This document shows, piece after piece, positions 34,127 to 52,017 of a DNA stretch of 64,000 nucleotides. The position numbers and the translations under genes were made by a program. The notes below the pieces were generated by a model. It saw only the letters and a list, made by a program, of their open reading frames with translations, did not search any database and was not told the origin of the DNA. Source of the stretch: Eledone cirrhosa (Eukaryota); contig OZ024742.1 of the NCBI GenBank assembly GCA_964016885.1, positions 130,448,001 to 130,512,000 on the forward strand, read 5' to 3'. Positions within the stretch are counted from its first letter, which is position 1. Every line of letters begins with the position of its first letter.

Positions 34127-35226
34127 ACACAACCCACACAACCCACACTAACACACACTAACACACACTAACACACACTAACATACACTAAAACACACTA
34201 ACACACACTAACACACACTAACACATACTAACACATACTAACACATACTAACACATACTAACCCACAGTAACCCACACAAACACACACTAACACACACTA
34301 ACACACACTAACACATACTAACACATACTAACACATACTAACCCACACTAACCCACACAACCCACACAACCCACAGAACCCACACAACCCACACTAACAC
34401 ACACTAACACACACTGACCCACACTAACACATACTAACACATACTAACACACACTAACAAACACTAAAACACACTAACACACACTAACCCACACAACCCA
34501 CACTAACACATACTAACACACACTAACACATACTAACACACACTAACACACACTAACACACACTAACCCACAAAACCCACACTAACACATACTAACACAC
34601 ACTAACACACACTAACACATACTAACACACACGAACCCACACTAACACACACTAACAAACACTAACACACACTAACACACACTAACCCACACAACCCACC
34701 CTAACACACACTAACACACACTAACACACACTAACCCACACAACCCACACTAACACATACTAACACACACTAACACACACTAACACAAACTAACACACAC
34801 TAACACACACTAATACATACTAACACACACTAACCCACCCTAACACACACAACCCACACTAACACACACTAACACACATTAACACATACTAACACGTACT
34901 AACACACACTAACACACACTAACATACACTAACACACACTAACACACACTAACACACTCTAACACACACTAACACACACTAACACACACTAACACATACT
35001 AACCCACACTAACACACACTAATCCACACGACCCACACTAACACATACTAACACATATTAACACACACTAACACACACTAACACACACTAACCCACACTA
35101 ACACACATTAACACACACTAACAAACACTAACCCACACTAACACATACTAACACACATTAACACACACTAACCCACACTAACACACACTAACACATACTA
35201 ACACACACTAACACACACTAACACAT
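34127..35226. repeat. Satellite array 2 (~1.1 kb, 10-mer)
   Basis: Direct reading. Confidence 0.95.
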
Positions 35227-35276
35227 ATGTATATATGTATGTATGTATGTATGTATATATGTATGTATGTATATAA

Positions 35277-35832
35277 ATGGCCGGGTCGTTGGCGACTAAA
35301 CTGGCAACCCCACCAAGGTTTCTTGGTGAGGAGGGTGACTTTGGACATCCTGCAGGACTAAAAACAAAACCTGTCAAAGGGCAAAGGTGCTCTTAAGAGT
35401 CAATGGCCATCCAAAATCACCAGGAGAGATGACCCCTTAGCCTTTGTCAAGGCAGAATTCTGGGAGAAGGAAAACTCTGATATAACACCTGCAACCCTGA
35501 TGGTATCCGATGATGTTGACTTGTTCTTCTTTTTGGTAAATATCATCTTGGTTAAGAGAGTGGGACTGGCTTTGTGCAGCGCCTTTGCTCACTATAAATG
35601 CTTCACCGCACAGGCATTGCTTTATATCTGGAGATCTCTCTGCACTTGTCCTCACATGGTACCATGGGCCCAGCACTATGTGTCAATAATTGTCACAAGT
35701 GTAGTGTTTGTACCAGAGTTTTCAAGTCGCTGGCTGGACTAAAAAGTCACACTCGTTCAGCGCTTCGGTAGGGGGTTCCCCCTACATGGATATAAAGTAG
35801 TGGCCGTACTCGAAAACGAGTTGGCAGCCACC

Positions 35833-35834
<2 letters not shown>
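35277..35834 (+). mobile_element. Short RTE-like element, copy 2
   Basis: Near-identical to 32511-33068, offset 2766. Confidence 0.6.
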
Positions 35835-35864
<30 letters not shown>

Positions 35865-35870
35865 GTATAT

Positions 35871-36630
35871 ATTTTTTTTCATGCTCATAAACCGGGGAAA
35901 GATGGTTGCCAACCTTTTTCTGTAAATTGGTCAATTTTTTAATCTTGTTTGAACATTGAATAGGATCTTCCGACTTCTCTGGGTGAGAGATTTATATCAG
36001 GCTTTATTCCATATCTCTCCTCCAGATCAGTGGTTATTCTAATGATATATTTTTTTTCATGCTCATAAACCTGGGCAAGATGGTTGCCAACCTTTTTCCT
36101 CTGTTGAAGGTGTTGCTTCAGTGTTACTATCCGGGTTTCATATAATGTTAATATGGATTTTAGACCCCGGCCACTTTCCTTGCGTGAGAAGTATAGCCTA
36201 TCCACATCACCATTGATGTTAAAGTTCCCAGTAACACTGAGAAGTTTGCGAGTTGAACATCCATCACACTTAGCTCTTGCAATGACCAGTTCAGCAGGCC
36301 AAATGTTGGCGTTAGAATTGGCACAGCATAAGTATTGTGGGGAATGTATTTGTTATACGCTGACAGTTCTGATGACCATATTTTCTTTACTCTTCTGAGG
36401 TATTCAGTTCTGGTTCTCTCCTTATTTATGGGTCCATCATATCTGACATTCTCATCCTGTCCAAGATATCTGTAGTTGTCACGTGACTGTAGAGGTTGTA
36501 TTGTCAGGCCGTTCATCTCTGGATTTCTAGAGGAGGGCACAGCTCTGCCACGTTTTACTGCCAAATATGCACAATTGGACTCACCAAATTTCATTTTGAT
36601 GTCTGTTGAAAATTGTGTAATGAGGTCCAA
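35871..36630 (-). pseudogene. R4/Dong-like RT fragment, copy 2
   Basis: Same ORF translations as copy 1, offset 2766. Confidence 0.85.
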
Positions 36631-36677
36631 TTGTGTACCTAAATGTATAGAAATGCACAGGTGTTTCTCGCTCTTCC

Positions 36678-36791
<114 letters not shown>

Positions 36792-36930
36792 CACACACAC
36801 ATGTACTCATACGCACATGCACATATACAAACGAATACACACACACACACCCGCCCACTTATATATGCATATTAACTACACTCAGAAACATCCACCGCAA
36901 CAATATATAGGCGCTCACACCCAGACACGT

Positions 36931-39900
36931 ACACAACCCACACAACCCACACTAACACACACTAACACACACTAACACACACTAACATACACTAAAACAC
37001 ACTAACACACACTAACACACACTAACACATACTAACACATACTAACACATACTAACACATACTAACCCACAGTAACCCACACAAACACACACTAACACAC
37101 ACTAACACACACTAACACATACTAACACATACTAACACATACTAACCCACACTAACCCACACAACCCACACAACCCACAGCACCCACACAACCCACACTA
37201 ACACACACTAACACACACTGACCCACACTAACACATACTAACACATACTAACACACACTAACAAACACTAAAACACACTAACACACACTAACCCACACAA
37301 CCCACACTAACACATACTAACACACACTAACACATACTAACACACACTAACACACACTAACACACACTAACCCACAAAACCCACACTAACACATACTAAC
37401 ACACACTAACACACACTAACACATACTAACACACACGAACCCACACTAACACACACTAACAAACACTAACACACACTAACACACACTAACCCACACAACC
37501 CACCCTAACACACACTAACACACACTAACACACACTAACCCACACAACCCACACTAACACATACTAACACACACTAACACACACTAACACAAACTAACAC
37601 ACACTAACACACACTAATACATACTAACACACACTAACCCACCCTAACACACACAACCCACACTAACACACACTAACACACATTAACACATACTAACACG
37701 TACTAACACACACTAACACACACTAACATACACTAACACACACTAACACACACTAACACACTCTAACACACACTAACACACACTAACACACACTAACACA
37801 TACTAACCCACACTAACACACACTAATCCACACGACCCACACTAACACATACTAACACATATTAACACACACTAACACACACTAACACACACTAACCCAC
37901 ACTAACACACATTAACACACACTAACACATACTAACCCACACTAACACATACTAACACACATTAACACACACTAACACACACTAACACACACTAACACAT
38001 ACTAACACATACTAACACATACTAACCCACACAAACACACACTAACACACACTAACCCACACAACCCACAGAAATCACACAACCCACACTAACACACACT
38101 AACACACACTGACCCACACTAACACATACTAACATATACTAACACACACTAACAAACACTAAAACACACTAACACACACTAACCCACACAACCCACACTA
38201 ACACATACTAACACACACTAACCCACACTAACACACACTAACACACACTAACCCACAAAACCCACACTAACACATACTAACACACACTAACACACACTAA
38301 CACATACTAACACACACTAACACACACTAACACATACTAACACACACGAACCCACACTAACACACACTAACAAACACTAACACACACTAACACACACTAA
38401 CCCACACAACCCACACTAACACATACTAACACACACTAACACACACTAACACACACTAACACACACTAACCCACACAACCCACACTAACACATACTAACA
38501 CACACTAACACACACTAACACATACTAAGACACACTAACACACACTAACACAAACTAACACACACTAACACACACTAACACATACTAACACACACTAACC
38601 CACCCTAACACACACAACCCACACTAACACACACTAACACACATTAACACATACTAACACGTACTAACACACACTAACACACACTAACATACACTAACAC
38701 ACACTAACACGCATTAACACACTCTAACACACACTAACACACACTAACACACACTAACACATACTAACCCACACTAACCCACACAACACACACCAACATA
38801 CACTAACACACACTAACAAACACTAATCCACACAACCAACACTAACACATACTAACACATATTAACACACACTAACACACACTAACACACACTAACCCAC
38901 ACTAACACACATTAACACACACTAACACACACTAACCCACACTAACACATACTAACACACATTAACACACACTAACACACACTAACACACACTAACATAT
39001 ACTAACCCACACTCACATACACTAACACATACTAACACATACTAACACACACTAGCACATACTAACACACGGTAACACATACCAACCCACACTAACACAC
39101 ACTAACCCACACTAAACCACACTAACACACACTAACACACACTAACACACACTAACACATACTAACACAAACTAACACACACTAACACATACTGACACAT
39201 ACTAACACACACTAACACACGGTAACACATACTAACACACACTAACACGCACTAACCCACACAACCCACACTAAAACACACTAACACACACTAACCCGCA
39301 CTAACCCACACTAACACATACTAACACACATTAACACACACTAACACACACTAACCCACACTAACACACACTAACACACACTAACACGCACTAACACATA
39401 CTAACACACATTAACACACACTAACACACACTAACACATACTAACAAACACTAACGCATACTAACACATACTAACACGCACTAACCCACACAACCTACAC
39501 TAAAACACATTAACACACACTAACCCACACTAACGCACACTAACACATACTAACACATATTAACACACACTAACACACACTAACACACACTAACCCACAC
39601 TAACACACATTAAGACACACTAACACACACTAAGGCACACTAACACACACTAACACACACTAACACGCACTAACACATACTAACACACATTAACGCATAC
39701 TAACACATACTAACCCACACAACACACACTAACATACACTAACACACACTAACACACACTAATCCACACAACCTACACTAACACACACTAACACACACTA
39801 ACACACACTAACACGTACTAACACACACTAACACACACTAACAAACGCTAACCCACACTAAAAAATACAAACCCACACTAACCCACACTAACACATACTA

Positions 39901-42900
39901 ACACACACTAACACGTACTAACACATACTAACGCACACTAACAAACACTAACACACACTAACACATACTAACACATACTAACACACACTAACACATACTA
40001 ACGCATACTAACACATACTAACACACACTAACACACACTAACCCACATTAACACACACTAACCCACACTAACCGACACTAACACATACTAACCCACACTA
40101 AGACACACTAACACACACTAACACACAGTAACCCATACTAACACACACTAACACACACTAACTTGCCATAACACACACTAACACACACTAACCCACACAA
40201 CCCACACTAACACACACTAACCCTCACTAACACACACTAACACACACTAACACACACTAACACACACTAACATACACTAATCCACACTATCACACAGTAA
40301 CACATACTAACACAAACTAACAGACACTAACCCATACTAACACATACTAAAACACACTAATACAAACTAACACCCATTAACCCACACTAACACATACTAA
40401 CACATACTAACCCGCACTAACACACACTAACACACAATAACACACACTAACACACACTAACACACACTAACACAAACTAACAGACATTAACCCATACTAA
40501 CACATACTAACACACACTAACACACACTAACCCATACTAACACATACGATCTCACACTAATACACACTAACACATACTAACCCACACTAACCAACACTAA
40601 CCCACACTAACACACACTAACACACACTAACCTATACTAACACATACGATCTCACACTAATAACACAAACCCACACTAACACACACTAACCCACACTAAC
40701 ACACACTAACACACACTAACACACACTAACACACACTAACCCATACTAACCCACGCTAACCCATACTAACACACACTAACACACACTAACACACACTAAC
40801 CCACACTAACACACACTAACCCACACTAACACACACTAACACACACTAACACATACTAACACACACTAACACACACTAACACACACTAACACACACTAAC
40901 ACATACTAACACACATTAACACACACTAACACACACTAACACATACTAACACACACCAACGCATACTAACACATACTAACACGCACTAACCCACACAACC
41001 TACACTAAAACACACTAACACACACTAACCTACACTAACCCTCACTAACACATACTAACACATATTAACACACACTAACACACACTAACACACACTAACC
41101 CACACAACCCACACTAACACATACTAACACACACTAACACACACTAACACACACTAACCCACAAAACCCACACTAACACATACTAACACACACTAACACA
41201 CACTAACACATACTAACACACACGAACCCAGACTAACACACACTAACAAACACTAACACACACTAACACACACTAACTCACACAACCCACACTAACACAT
41301 ACTAACACACACTAACACATACTAACACATACTAAGACACACTAACACACACTAACACAAACTAACACACACTAACACACACTAACACATACTAACACAC
41401 ACTAACCCAGCCTAACACACACAACCCACATTAACACACACTAACACACACTAACACATACTAACACATACTAACACACACTAACACACACTAACATACA
41501 CTAACACACACTAACACACGCTAACACACTCTAACACACACTAACACACACTAACACACACTAACACATACTAACACACACTAACACACACTAACACATA
41601 CTAACACACACTAACACACACTAACACACGGTAACACATACTAACACACACTAACACGCACTAACCCACACAACCCACACTAAAACACACTAACACACAC
41701 TAACACACACTAACACACACTAACACATACTAACACACATTAACACACACTAACACACACTAACACATACTAACACACACCAACGCATACTGACATATAC
41801 TAACACGCACTAACCCACACAACCTACACTAAAACACACTAACACACACTAACCCACACTAACCCTCACTAACACATACTAACACATATTAACACACACT
41901 AACACACACTAACACACACTAACCCACACTAACACACATTAACACACACTAACACACACTAACGCACACTAACACACACTAACACACACTAACAAACACT
42001 AACCCACACTAACACACACTAACACATACTAACACACATTAACGCATACTAACACATACTAACCCACACAACACACACTAACGTACACTAACACACACTA
42101 ACACACACTAATCCATACAACCCACACTAACACACACTAACACATACTAACACACACTAACACACACTAACAAGTGCTAACACACACTAACACATACAAA
42201 CACACACTAACCCACACTAACACATACTAACACACACTAACACATACTAACACATACTAACCCACACTAACAAACACTAACCCACACTAACACACACTAA
42301 CACATACTAACACACACTAACACACACTAACAAATGCTAACCCACACTAACACATACAAACCCACACTAACCCACACTAACACATACTAACACACACTAA
42401 CACACACTAACACATACTAACCCACACTAACAAACACTAACCCACACTAACACACACTAACACATACTAACACACACTAACCCACACTAACACATACCAA
42501 CGCACACTAACACACACTAACACACACTAACCCATTCTAACACACACTAACACACACTAACACATACTAACACATACTAACACACACTAACACACACTAA
42601 CCCACATTAACACACACTAACCCACACTAACCGACACTAACACATACTAACCCACACTAACACACACTAACACACACTAACACACAGTAACCCATACTAA
42701 CACACACTAACACACACTAACATGCCATAACACACACTAACACACACTAACCCACACAACCCACACTAACACACACTAACCCTCACTAACCCACACTAAC
42801 ACACACTAACACACACTAACACACACTAACACACACTAACACAAACTAACAGTCACTAACCCATACTAACACATACTAAAACACACTAATACAAACTAAC

Positions 42901-45900
42901 ACACATTAACCCACACTAACACATACTAACACATATTAACCCACACTAACACACACTAACACACACTAACACACACTAACACACACTAACCCACACTAAC
43001 ACACACAAACACACACTAACACACACTAACACAAACTAACAGACACTAACCCATACTAACACATACTAACACACGCTAACACACACTAACCCATACTAAC
43101 ACATACTAACACACACTAACACACACTAACACACACTAACACACACTAACCCATACTAACCCACACTAACCCATACTAACACACACTAACACACACTAAC
43201 ACACACTAACACACACTAACCCACACTAACACACACTAACACATACTAACACACACTAACACATACTTACACACACTAACCCACACTAACACACACTAAC
43301 ACACACTAACCCATACTAACACATACGATCTCACACTAATACACACTAACCCACACTAACACACACTAACCCACACTAACACACAATAACACACACTAAC
43401 ACATACTAACCCACACTAACACACACTAACACACACTAACACACACTAACACACACTCACACACGGTAACACATACTAACACACACTCACACACACTAAC
43501 ACACACTAACACACACTAACACACACTAACACACACTAACACATACTAACACACACTCACACACACACTCACACACACTAACACATACTAACACACACTA
43601 ACACACACTAACACATACTAACACATACTAACACACTCTAACACACACTAACACACACTAACACACACTAACACATACTAACACACACTCACACACACTA
43701 ACACACACTAACACATACTAACAAACACTAACACACACTAACACACACTAACACATACTAACACACACTAACACACACTAACACATACTAACACACACTA
43801 ACACACACTAACACATACTAACACACACTAATACATACTAACACACATTAACACACACTAACACACACTAACCCACACTAACACACATTAACACACACTA
43901 ACACACACTAACCCACACTAACACATACTAACACACATTAACACACACTAACACATACTAACACATACTAACACACACTCACACACACTAACACATACTA
44001 ACACACACTAACCCACACTAACACACACTAACACATACTAACACACACTAACCCACACTAATACACACTAACACACACTAACACACACTAACACATGCTA
44101 ACACACACTAACCCACACTAACACATACTAACACACACTAACACACACTAACACATACTAAGACACACTAACACATACTAACACATACTAACACACATAA
44201 CCCACACTAACATATACTAACCCACACTAACACACACTAACACACACTAACACACACTAACCCACACTAAAACACACTAACATATACTAACACATACTAA
44301 CACATACTAACACACACTAACACACACTCACACACACTAACACATACTAACACATACTAACACACACTAACCCACACTAACACACACTAACACACACTAA
44401 CACATACTAACACACACTAATACACACTCACACACACTAACACACACTAACACATACTAACACACACTAACACATACTAACACATACTAACACACACTCA
44501 CACACTAACACATACTAAGACACACTAACACATACTAACACATACTAACACACATAACCCACACTAACATATACTAACCCACACTAACACACACTAACAC
44601 ACACTAACACACACTAACCCACACTAACACACACTAACATATACTAACACATACTAACACATACTAACACACACTAACACACACTCACACACACTAACAC
44701 ATACTAACACATACTAACACACACTAACCCACACTAACACACACTAACACATACTAACACACACTAATACACACTCACACACACTAACACACACTAACAC
44801 ATACTAACACACACTAACACATACTAACACATACTAACACACACTAACACATACTAACACACACTAACACATACTAACACACACTAACACATACTAACAC
44901 ACACTAACACATACTAACACACACTAACACATACTAACACATACTAACACATACTAACACACACTAACACATACTAACACACACTAACACACACTAACAC
45001 ATACTAACGTACACTAACACACACTAACCCACACTAACACATACTAACACATATTAACACACACTAACACACACTAACACACACTAACACATACTAACAC
45101 ACACTAACACATACTAACACATACTAACACACTAACACACACTAACACATACTAACACACACTAACACACACTAACACACACTAACACACACTAACACAC
45201 ACTAACCCATACTAACCCACACTAACCCATACTAACACACACTAACACACACTAACACACACTAACACACACTAACCCACACTAACACACACTAACACAT
45301 ACTAACACACACTAACACATACTTACACACACTAACCCACACTAACACACACTAACACACACTAACCCATACTAACACATACGATCTCACACTAATACAC
45401 ACTAACCCACACTAACGCACACTAACCCACACTAACACACACTAACACACACTAACACATACTAACCCACACTAACACACACTAACACACACTAACACAC
45501 ACTAACACACACTCACACACGGTAACACATACTAACACACACTCACACACACTAACACACACTAACACACACTAACACACACTAACACACACTAACACAT
45601 ACTAACACACACTAACACACACACTCACACACACTAACACATACTAACACACACTAACACACACTAACACACACTAACACATACTAACACACACTAACAC
45701 ACACTAACACACACTAACACATACTAACACACACTAACACACACTAATACATACTAACACACACTAACACACGGTAACACATACTAATATACACTAACAC
45801 ACACTCACACACTCTAACACACACTAACACACACTAACACACACTAACACATACTAACACACACTCACACACACTAACACACACTAACACATACTAACAA

Positions 45901-48079
45901 ACACTAACACACACTAACACACACTAACACATACTAACACACACTAACACACACTAACACACACTAACACATACTAACACACACTAACACACACTAACAC
46001 ATACTAACACACACTAATACATACTAACACACACTAACACACACTAACCCACAGTAACACACATTAACACACACTAACACACACTAACCCACACTAACAC
46101 ATACTAACACACATTAACACACACTAACACATACTAACACATACTAACACACACTCACACACACTAACACATACTAACACACACTAACCCACACTAACAC
46201 ATACTAACACACACTAACACACACTAACACATACTAAGACACACTAACACATACTAACACACACTAACACACACTAACCCACACTAACATATACTAACCC
46301 ACACTAACACACACTAACCCACACTAACATATACTAACCCACACTAACACACACTAACACACACTAACACACACTAACCCACACTAACACACACTAACAT
46401 ATACTAACACATACTAACACATACTAACACACACTAACACACACTCACACACACTAACACATACTAACACATACTAACACACACTAACCCACACTAACAC
46501 ACACTAACACACACTAACACATACTAACACACACTAACACACACTCACACACACTAACACACACTAACACATACTAACACACACTAACACATACTAACAC
46601 ATACTAACACACACTCACACACACTAACACATACTAACACATACTAACACACACTAACACATACTAACACACAGTAACACATACTAACACACACTAACAC
46701 ATACTAACACACACTAACACATACTAACACATACTAACACATACTAACACACACTAACACATACTAACACACACTAACACACACTAACACATACTAACAT
46801 ACACTAACACACACTAACCCACACTAACACATACTAACACATATTAACACACACTAACACACACTAACACACACTAACACATACTAACACACACTAACAC
46901 ATACTAACACATACTAACACACTAACACACACTAACACATACTAACACACACTAACACACACTAACACATACTAACACACACTAATACATACTAACACAC
47001 ACTAACACACACTAACCCACAGTAACACACATTAACACACACTAACACACACTAACCCACACTAACACATACTAACACACATTAACACACACTAACACAT
47101 ACTAACACATACTAACACACACTCACACACACTAACACATACTAACACATACTAACACACACTCACACACACTAACACATACTAACACACACTAACCCAC
47201 ACTAACACATACTAACACACACTAACACACACTAACACATACTAAGACACACTAACACATACTAACACACACTAACACACACTAACCCACACTAACATAT
47301 ACTAACCCACACTAACACACACTAACCCACACTAACATATACTAACCCACACTAACACACACTAACACACACTAACACACACTAACCCACACTAACACAC
47401 ACTAACATATACTAACACATACTAACACATACTAACACACACTAACACACACTCACACACACTAACACATACTAACACATACTAACACACACTAACCCAC
47501 ACTAACACACACTAACACACACTAACACATACTAACACACACTAACACACACTCACACACACTAACACACACTAACACATACTAACACACACTAACACAT
47601 ACTAACACATACTAACACACACTCACACACACTAACACATACTAACACATACTAACACACACTAACACATACTAACACACACTAACACATACTAACACAC
47701 ACTAACACATACTAACACATACTAACACATACTAACACACACTAACACATACTAACACACACTAACACACACTAACACATACTAACACATACTAACACAC
47801 ACTAACACATACTAACACACACTAACACACACTAACACATACTAACATACACTAACACACACTAACCCACACTAACACATACTAACACATATTAACACAC
47901 ACTAACACACACTAACACACACTAACACATACTAACACACACTAACACATACTAACACATACTAACACACTAACACACACTAACACATACTAACACACAC
48001 TAACACATACTAACCCATATAACCCACACTAACCCACAATAACCTACACTAACCTATACTAACCTATACTAACCCACAA
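36931..48079. repeat. Satellite array 3 (~11.1 kb, 10-mer CTAACACA(C/T)A)
   Basis: Direct reading. Confidence 0.97.
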
Positions 48080-48119
48080 GTTAATCGCGGTGGGATTTGA
48101 GCTCAGAATATAAATAGCA

Positions 48120-48480
48120 TAGAGTCATGGCCCTTTACGTTCTGAGTTCAAATCCGGCCGAGGGTAGCTTTGCCTTTCATCCTTACGGGGTCAATAAAAT
48201 AAAGTACCAGTCACGCACTGGGGTAATTGCTGGCCTTGTGCCCGAAATAGAAACAATTATAACAGTATATAGGACGGAGGATTGCCAGTATCGGTAGAGC
48301 GTCGAACAACATGCTTTGCGACATATAGTTACGTCCATATACATTCTGAGTTCAAATCTCGTCCAGGTTAACTTTGCCTTTCAGCCTTACTGGGACAATA
48401 AAATAAAACACCAGTAGCACACTAGGGGTCGATTTAATCGGCATTCTTCTTCCCTTCAAATTACTCGCCTTGTACCAATT
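48120..48480 (+). mobile_element. Tandem SINE-like repeats (2 units)
   Basis: 'ttctgagttcaaat...ctttgcctttca.ccttac...ataaaataaa..accagt' occurs twice. Confidence 0.8.
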
Positions 48481-48790
48481 ATTTACACTTCTTTCTCAGC
48501 TCTCTGTGTCTCTTTGTCTTTCTCTATTCGGTCATGATTGACCAAGGGTTCACTCGTCGAAAGCTGCTCCCCGAGCAAAATGTTTCTGTAGGAGACCAGC
48601 AGTCATCCACGCATTCTGGCCTCTCTTTTCCACGCCATCTATGTCATCCAAGTGAAAAGAAAAGGCCGACCCAGCTTGGAAGCAATGGAGTAGAGCAATG
48701 AGAATTAAAAAGCCGAGCTCAAGGACACAACGCACCACTCGGTTCAGGAATCAAAGGCTCGATTTTACAATTGTGAGCCCAATACCTAGC

Positions 48791-48970
48791 TACGAGGGCC
48801 GACTGAAAAGTCATAGGCTGAAAAGTCATAGGCTGACGAAGATACTCTCATGAACTGACCAAACGAGGCTTATTTTTCAACGTAGTCCCTGGAAAGAAAC
48901 AATGCCGTTTATTAATAAGAAGAGTTGAAATTAATGAATGTAAGATTGAACTTTTCAGCCTACTCTCGTA
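48791..48970. mobile_element. Mariner-like MITE
   Basis: TA-CGAGGGCCGACTGAAAAGT ... ACTTTTCAGCCTACTCTCG-TA: imperfect TIRs with TA flanks. Confidence 0.75.
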
Positions 48971-49069
48971 CAAAGCCCCAAGACTACCTGGCTGGTATTT
49001 CGAAATTCCGTTGGTATTGTACTGTGTTGTTTGCTTTACCTTTCGCGCGCACACACACATGCTGTGTTT

Positions 49070-50200
49070 AACTAATGAGTAGATCTAGTCATTCCAATTA
49101 GCTTGCTGAGCGACCTCAGATCACTAGATATGGACGTGATTACCATGAGCAAGACCGGGATTTCCGACAAGTGCGCACTGGCTCCCATTTTCGACGACTA
49201 TTAGATTTCGCATCTCTTAGTCAGCCACCCAACCTCAATTACGGAATGGGAGTTGGGGTGGCTGTGCTGAAAGTCTGGATCTCGGGGGTAAGATCGATCT
49301 TCCTGGATCCGGGACGATAAGTTGGTGCCTTTAGATTAGTGACCGTCTATGTCCCAACAGGGGCTGGACGATCGGACTCCTGGAGGCGCCTGGAGGCCTT
49401 TCTGGGAACGTCTCGCCTTTTACTGTTAGCGGGTGACTGGAACGGCATCTTAGACGCACACTGGGATTGTGTGGAAGCAGCTGATAGGAGTCAGGTGTGT
49501 GTGAAAAAGCCTCAAGTATCTCATCAGCCAATTCCAACTGTCTGAAAGGTACCAACTAGATTTCCCTAATGCGCCAGTGTGGACCTGGTCCAACCGCATA
49601 GGGTCATCTAGATCGTATATAGATAGGTTTTTCATTAGATCAATAGATAAGTTTGTTCCAGAGGACTTTCGTGCCGGGAACTATGGTTAACTTCCAGAAA
49701 TCTCTCGCTTGGCAGTGCTACCGGGGAGCCCTGACGGTTCGAGATAAACTCTATAGGCACGGTAGTGCTGTCAGACGGAGCTATCCGAGATGCGCGAAAC
49801 TGTTTTGCACGTACTCGTCCAGTGCCCGTGAATTGCTGACTTATAGAGTTATGTCGAACAACTATTGTCGCGTGTGGGACGGATCCGGCTATCGACAGAG
49901 TCCATAGTGAAGATCGCCCCACCGCCTACTTTTGACCGAGAAGAGCAGGCAGTTTCCCTCTGTCTGATAGCTGTAGAGAAAGACGTTGTGTGGTGGACGC
50001 GACTGAAAGGTCTGAAAACAGACACTTTCCTCATCAGTCACGCCCTCGTCAACTTTTTCAAGCTCCACTTTGAAAGAAAGATAAGGGTGGAGAGAGAAAT
50101 GCTGACTCCAGAACATATTTTAAAAGGTGGGTGACTGTTGCGAGAATGGCCCGTGTGAATGGGCCCATCCTGAACATGTGCCTGTAGGCTGGAAAGATGG
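49070..50200 (+). pseudogene. Tx1/L1-like LINE remnant: APE endonuclease joined to the C-terminal Cys-rich region, RT missing
   Basis: TVYVPT, LLAGDWNGILD, WTWSN...SYIDR, then FQKSLAWQCYRGALTVRDKL...PRC and VVWWTRLKG. Confidence 0.75.
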
Positions 50201-50374
50201 AGGGAGAAAGGAGTGCCCTCCTAGGGTGCTCTTGGAGATGAGGGAGGGTGGGATTTGTGGGATTCCTAACGTCAACCCTGGGTGGTATCCCCCCCCCACT
50301 CATTGGGGAATTCTGTTGTTGATATTTTTTTGTTTATTTATTTTGTTAATTTTTTACTCGATTGCATGTAAACA

Positions 50375-50670
50375 CCAGTAACGTACTGGGTCGATTTAAT
50401 CAGTTTCCCCTCCCCCCAAAATTACTGGCCTTTTGCCTATACTAGAAATCATTATTATTGTTCCCATCTAAGGCGGTAGATTGGTAGTGTCGGTAGAGTG
50501 TCGGACACCATGCTTTGCAGCATACAGTTATGGCCCTTTACGTTCTGAGTTCAAACCCCGCCGAGGTTAACTTTGCCTTTCATTGTTACGGGGGCGATAA
50601 GATAAAGTACCAATAATACCCTGGGGGTAATTGCTGGCCTTGTGCAAAAATTAGAAAAACTAATAATTAT
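50375..50670 (+). mobile_element. SINE-like repeats
   Basis: Same family core as 13935-14423. Confidence 0.8.
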
Positions 50671-50689
50671 TATTCTCATTATTATTGTT

Positions 50690-50915
50690 CCTTCGCTCAG
50701 CTTCTAACGCCGAAGATGTATTACAGTGTTAGCTGTTCACTACCAGGTAACTGAGGTAACAGCCCTTATTTTTCCAGTATCCTCCGAAGTATTTGAACTG
50801 TTCCAAGCAATGCTGACTTTTGGAAGCGTTCCATCCGTATTGAAATCCCTTCTTCTTTATCGCATAACGTGTTATCAACTGGATAGGCTATATCTATCAT
50901 CCAACATTGCTTTCG
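50690..50915 (-). pseudogene. 3' terminus of an R4/Dong-like (RLE) LINE
   Basis: Minus strand: CWMIDIAYPVDNTLCDKEE and GISIRMERFQKSALLGTVQILRRILEK*, then a short UTR and a (TAA)-rich tail. Confidence 0.75.
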
Positions 50916-50929
50916 TTCTCAATTATTAC

Positions 50930-52017
50930 TACTAACATGTGTGGTGTGTATATTGATATTATACGCAAGTATATATACATGTAGATATGATACATCAAAT
51001 ACAATCGTAAGTGACAATATCCACAGAAATAGAACGAAGACTGCGTTACACTCTCTTATGTAATCAGTAACGTAATCCATGATACATTAAAAACAGACGA
51101 TATTATATATCTACTAGCATGTGTGGTGTGTATATTGATATTATACGCAAGTATATATACATGTAGATATGATACATCAAATACAATCGTAAGTGACAAT
51201 ATCCACAGAAATAGAACGAAGACTGCGTTACACTCTCTTATGTAATCAGTAACGTAATCCATGATACATTAAAAACAGACGATATTATATATCTACTAGC
51301 ATGTGTAGTGTGTATATTGATATTATACGCAAGTATATATACATGTAGATATGATACATCAAATACAATCGGAAGTGACAATATCCACAGAAATAGAACG
51401 AAGACTGCGTTACACTCTCTTATGTAATCAGTAACGTAATCCATGATACATTAAAAACAGACGATATTATATATCTACTAGCATGTGTAGTGTGTATATT
51501 GATATTATACGCAAGTATATATGCATGTAGATATGATACATCAAATACAATCGGAAGTGACAATATCCACAGAAATAGAACGAAGACTGCATTGCACTCT
51601 CTTATGTAATCAGTAACGTAATCCATGATACATTAAAAACAGACGATATTATATATCTACTAGCATGTGTAGTGTGTATATTGATATTATACGCAAGTAT
51701 ATATGCATGTAGATATGATACATCAAATACAATCGGAAGTGACAATATCCACAGAAATAGAACGAAGACTGCGTTACACTCTCTTATGTAATCAGTAACG
51801 TAATCCATGATACATTAAAAACAGACGATATTATATATCTACTAGCATGTGTAGTGTGTATATTGATATTATACGCAAGTATATATACATGTAGATATGA
51901 TACATCAAATAAAATCTTAATTGACAATATACACAGCAGTTGAAAACTGTGTTACACTGTCCTATGTAATCAGTAACGTAATCCAGGGTACATTAAAAAA
52001 AGACGATATTATATATA
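50930..52017. repeat. 182-bp tandem repeat, ~6 copies
   Basis: ORF-track periodicity 51056/51238/51420/51602. Units start 'tacta(g/a)catgtgt'. Confidence 0.97.

Noticed and set aside
50930-52017. CRISPR array or repeated 68-aa gene
   Set aside because: Full-length tandem units without unique spacers, eukaryotic context and no cas genes.
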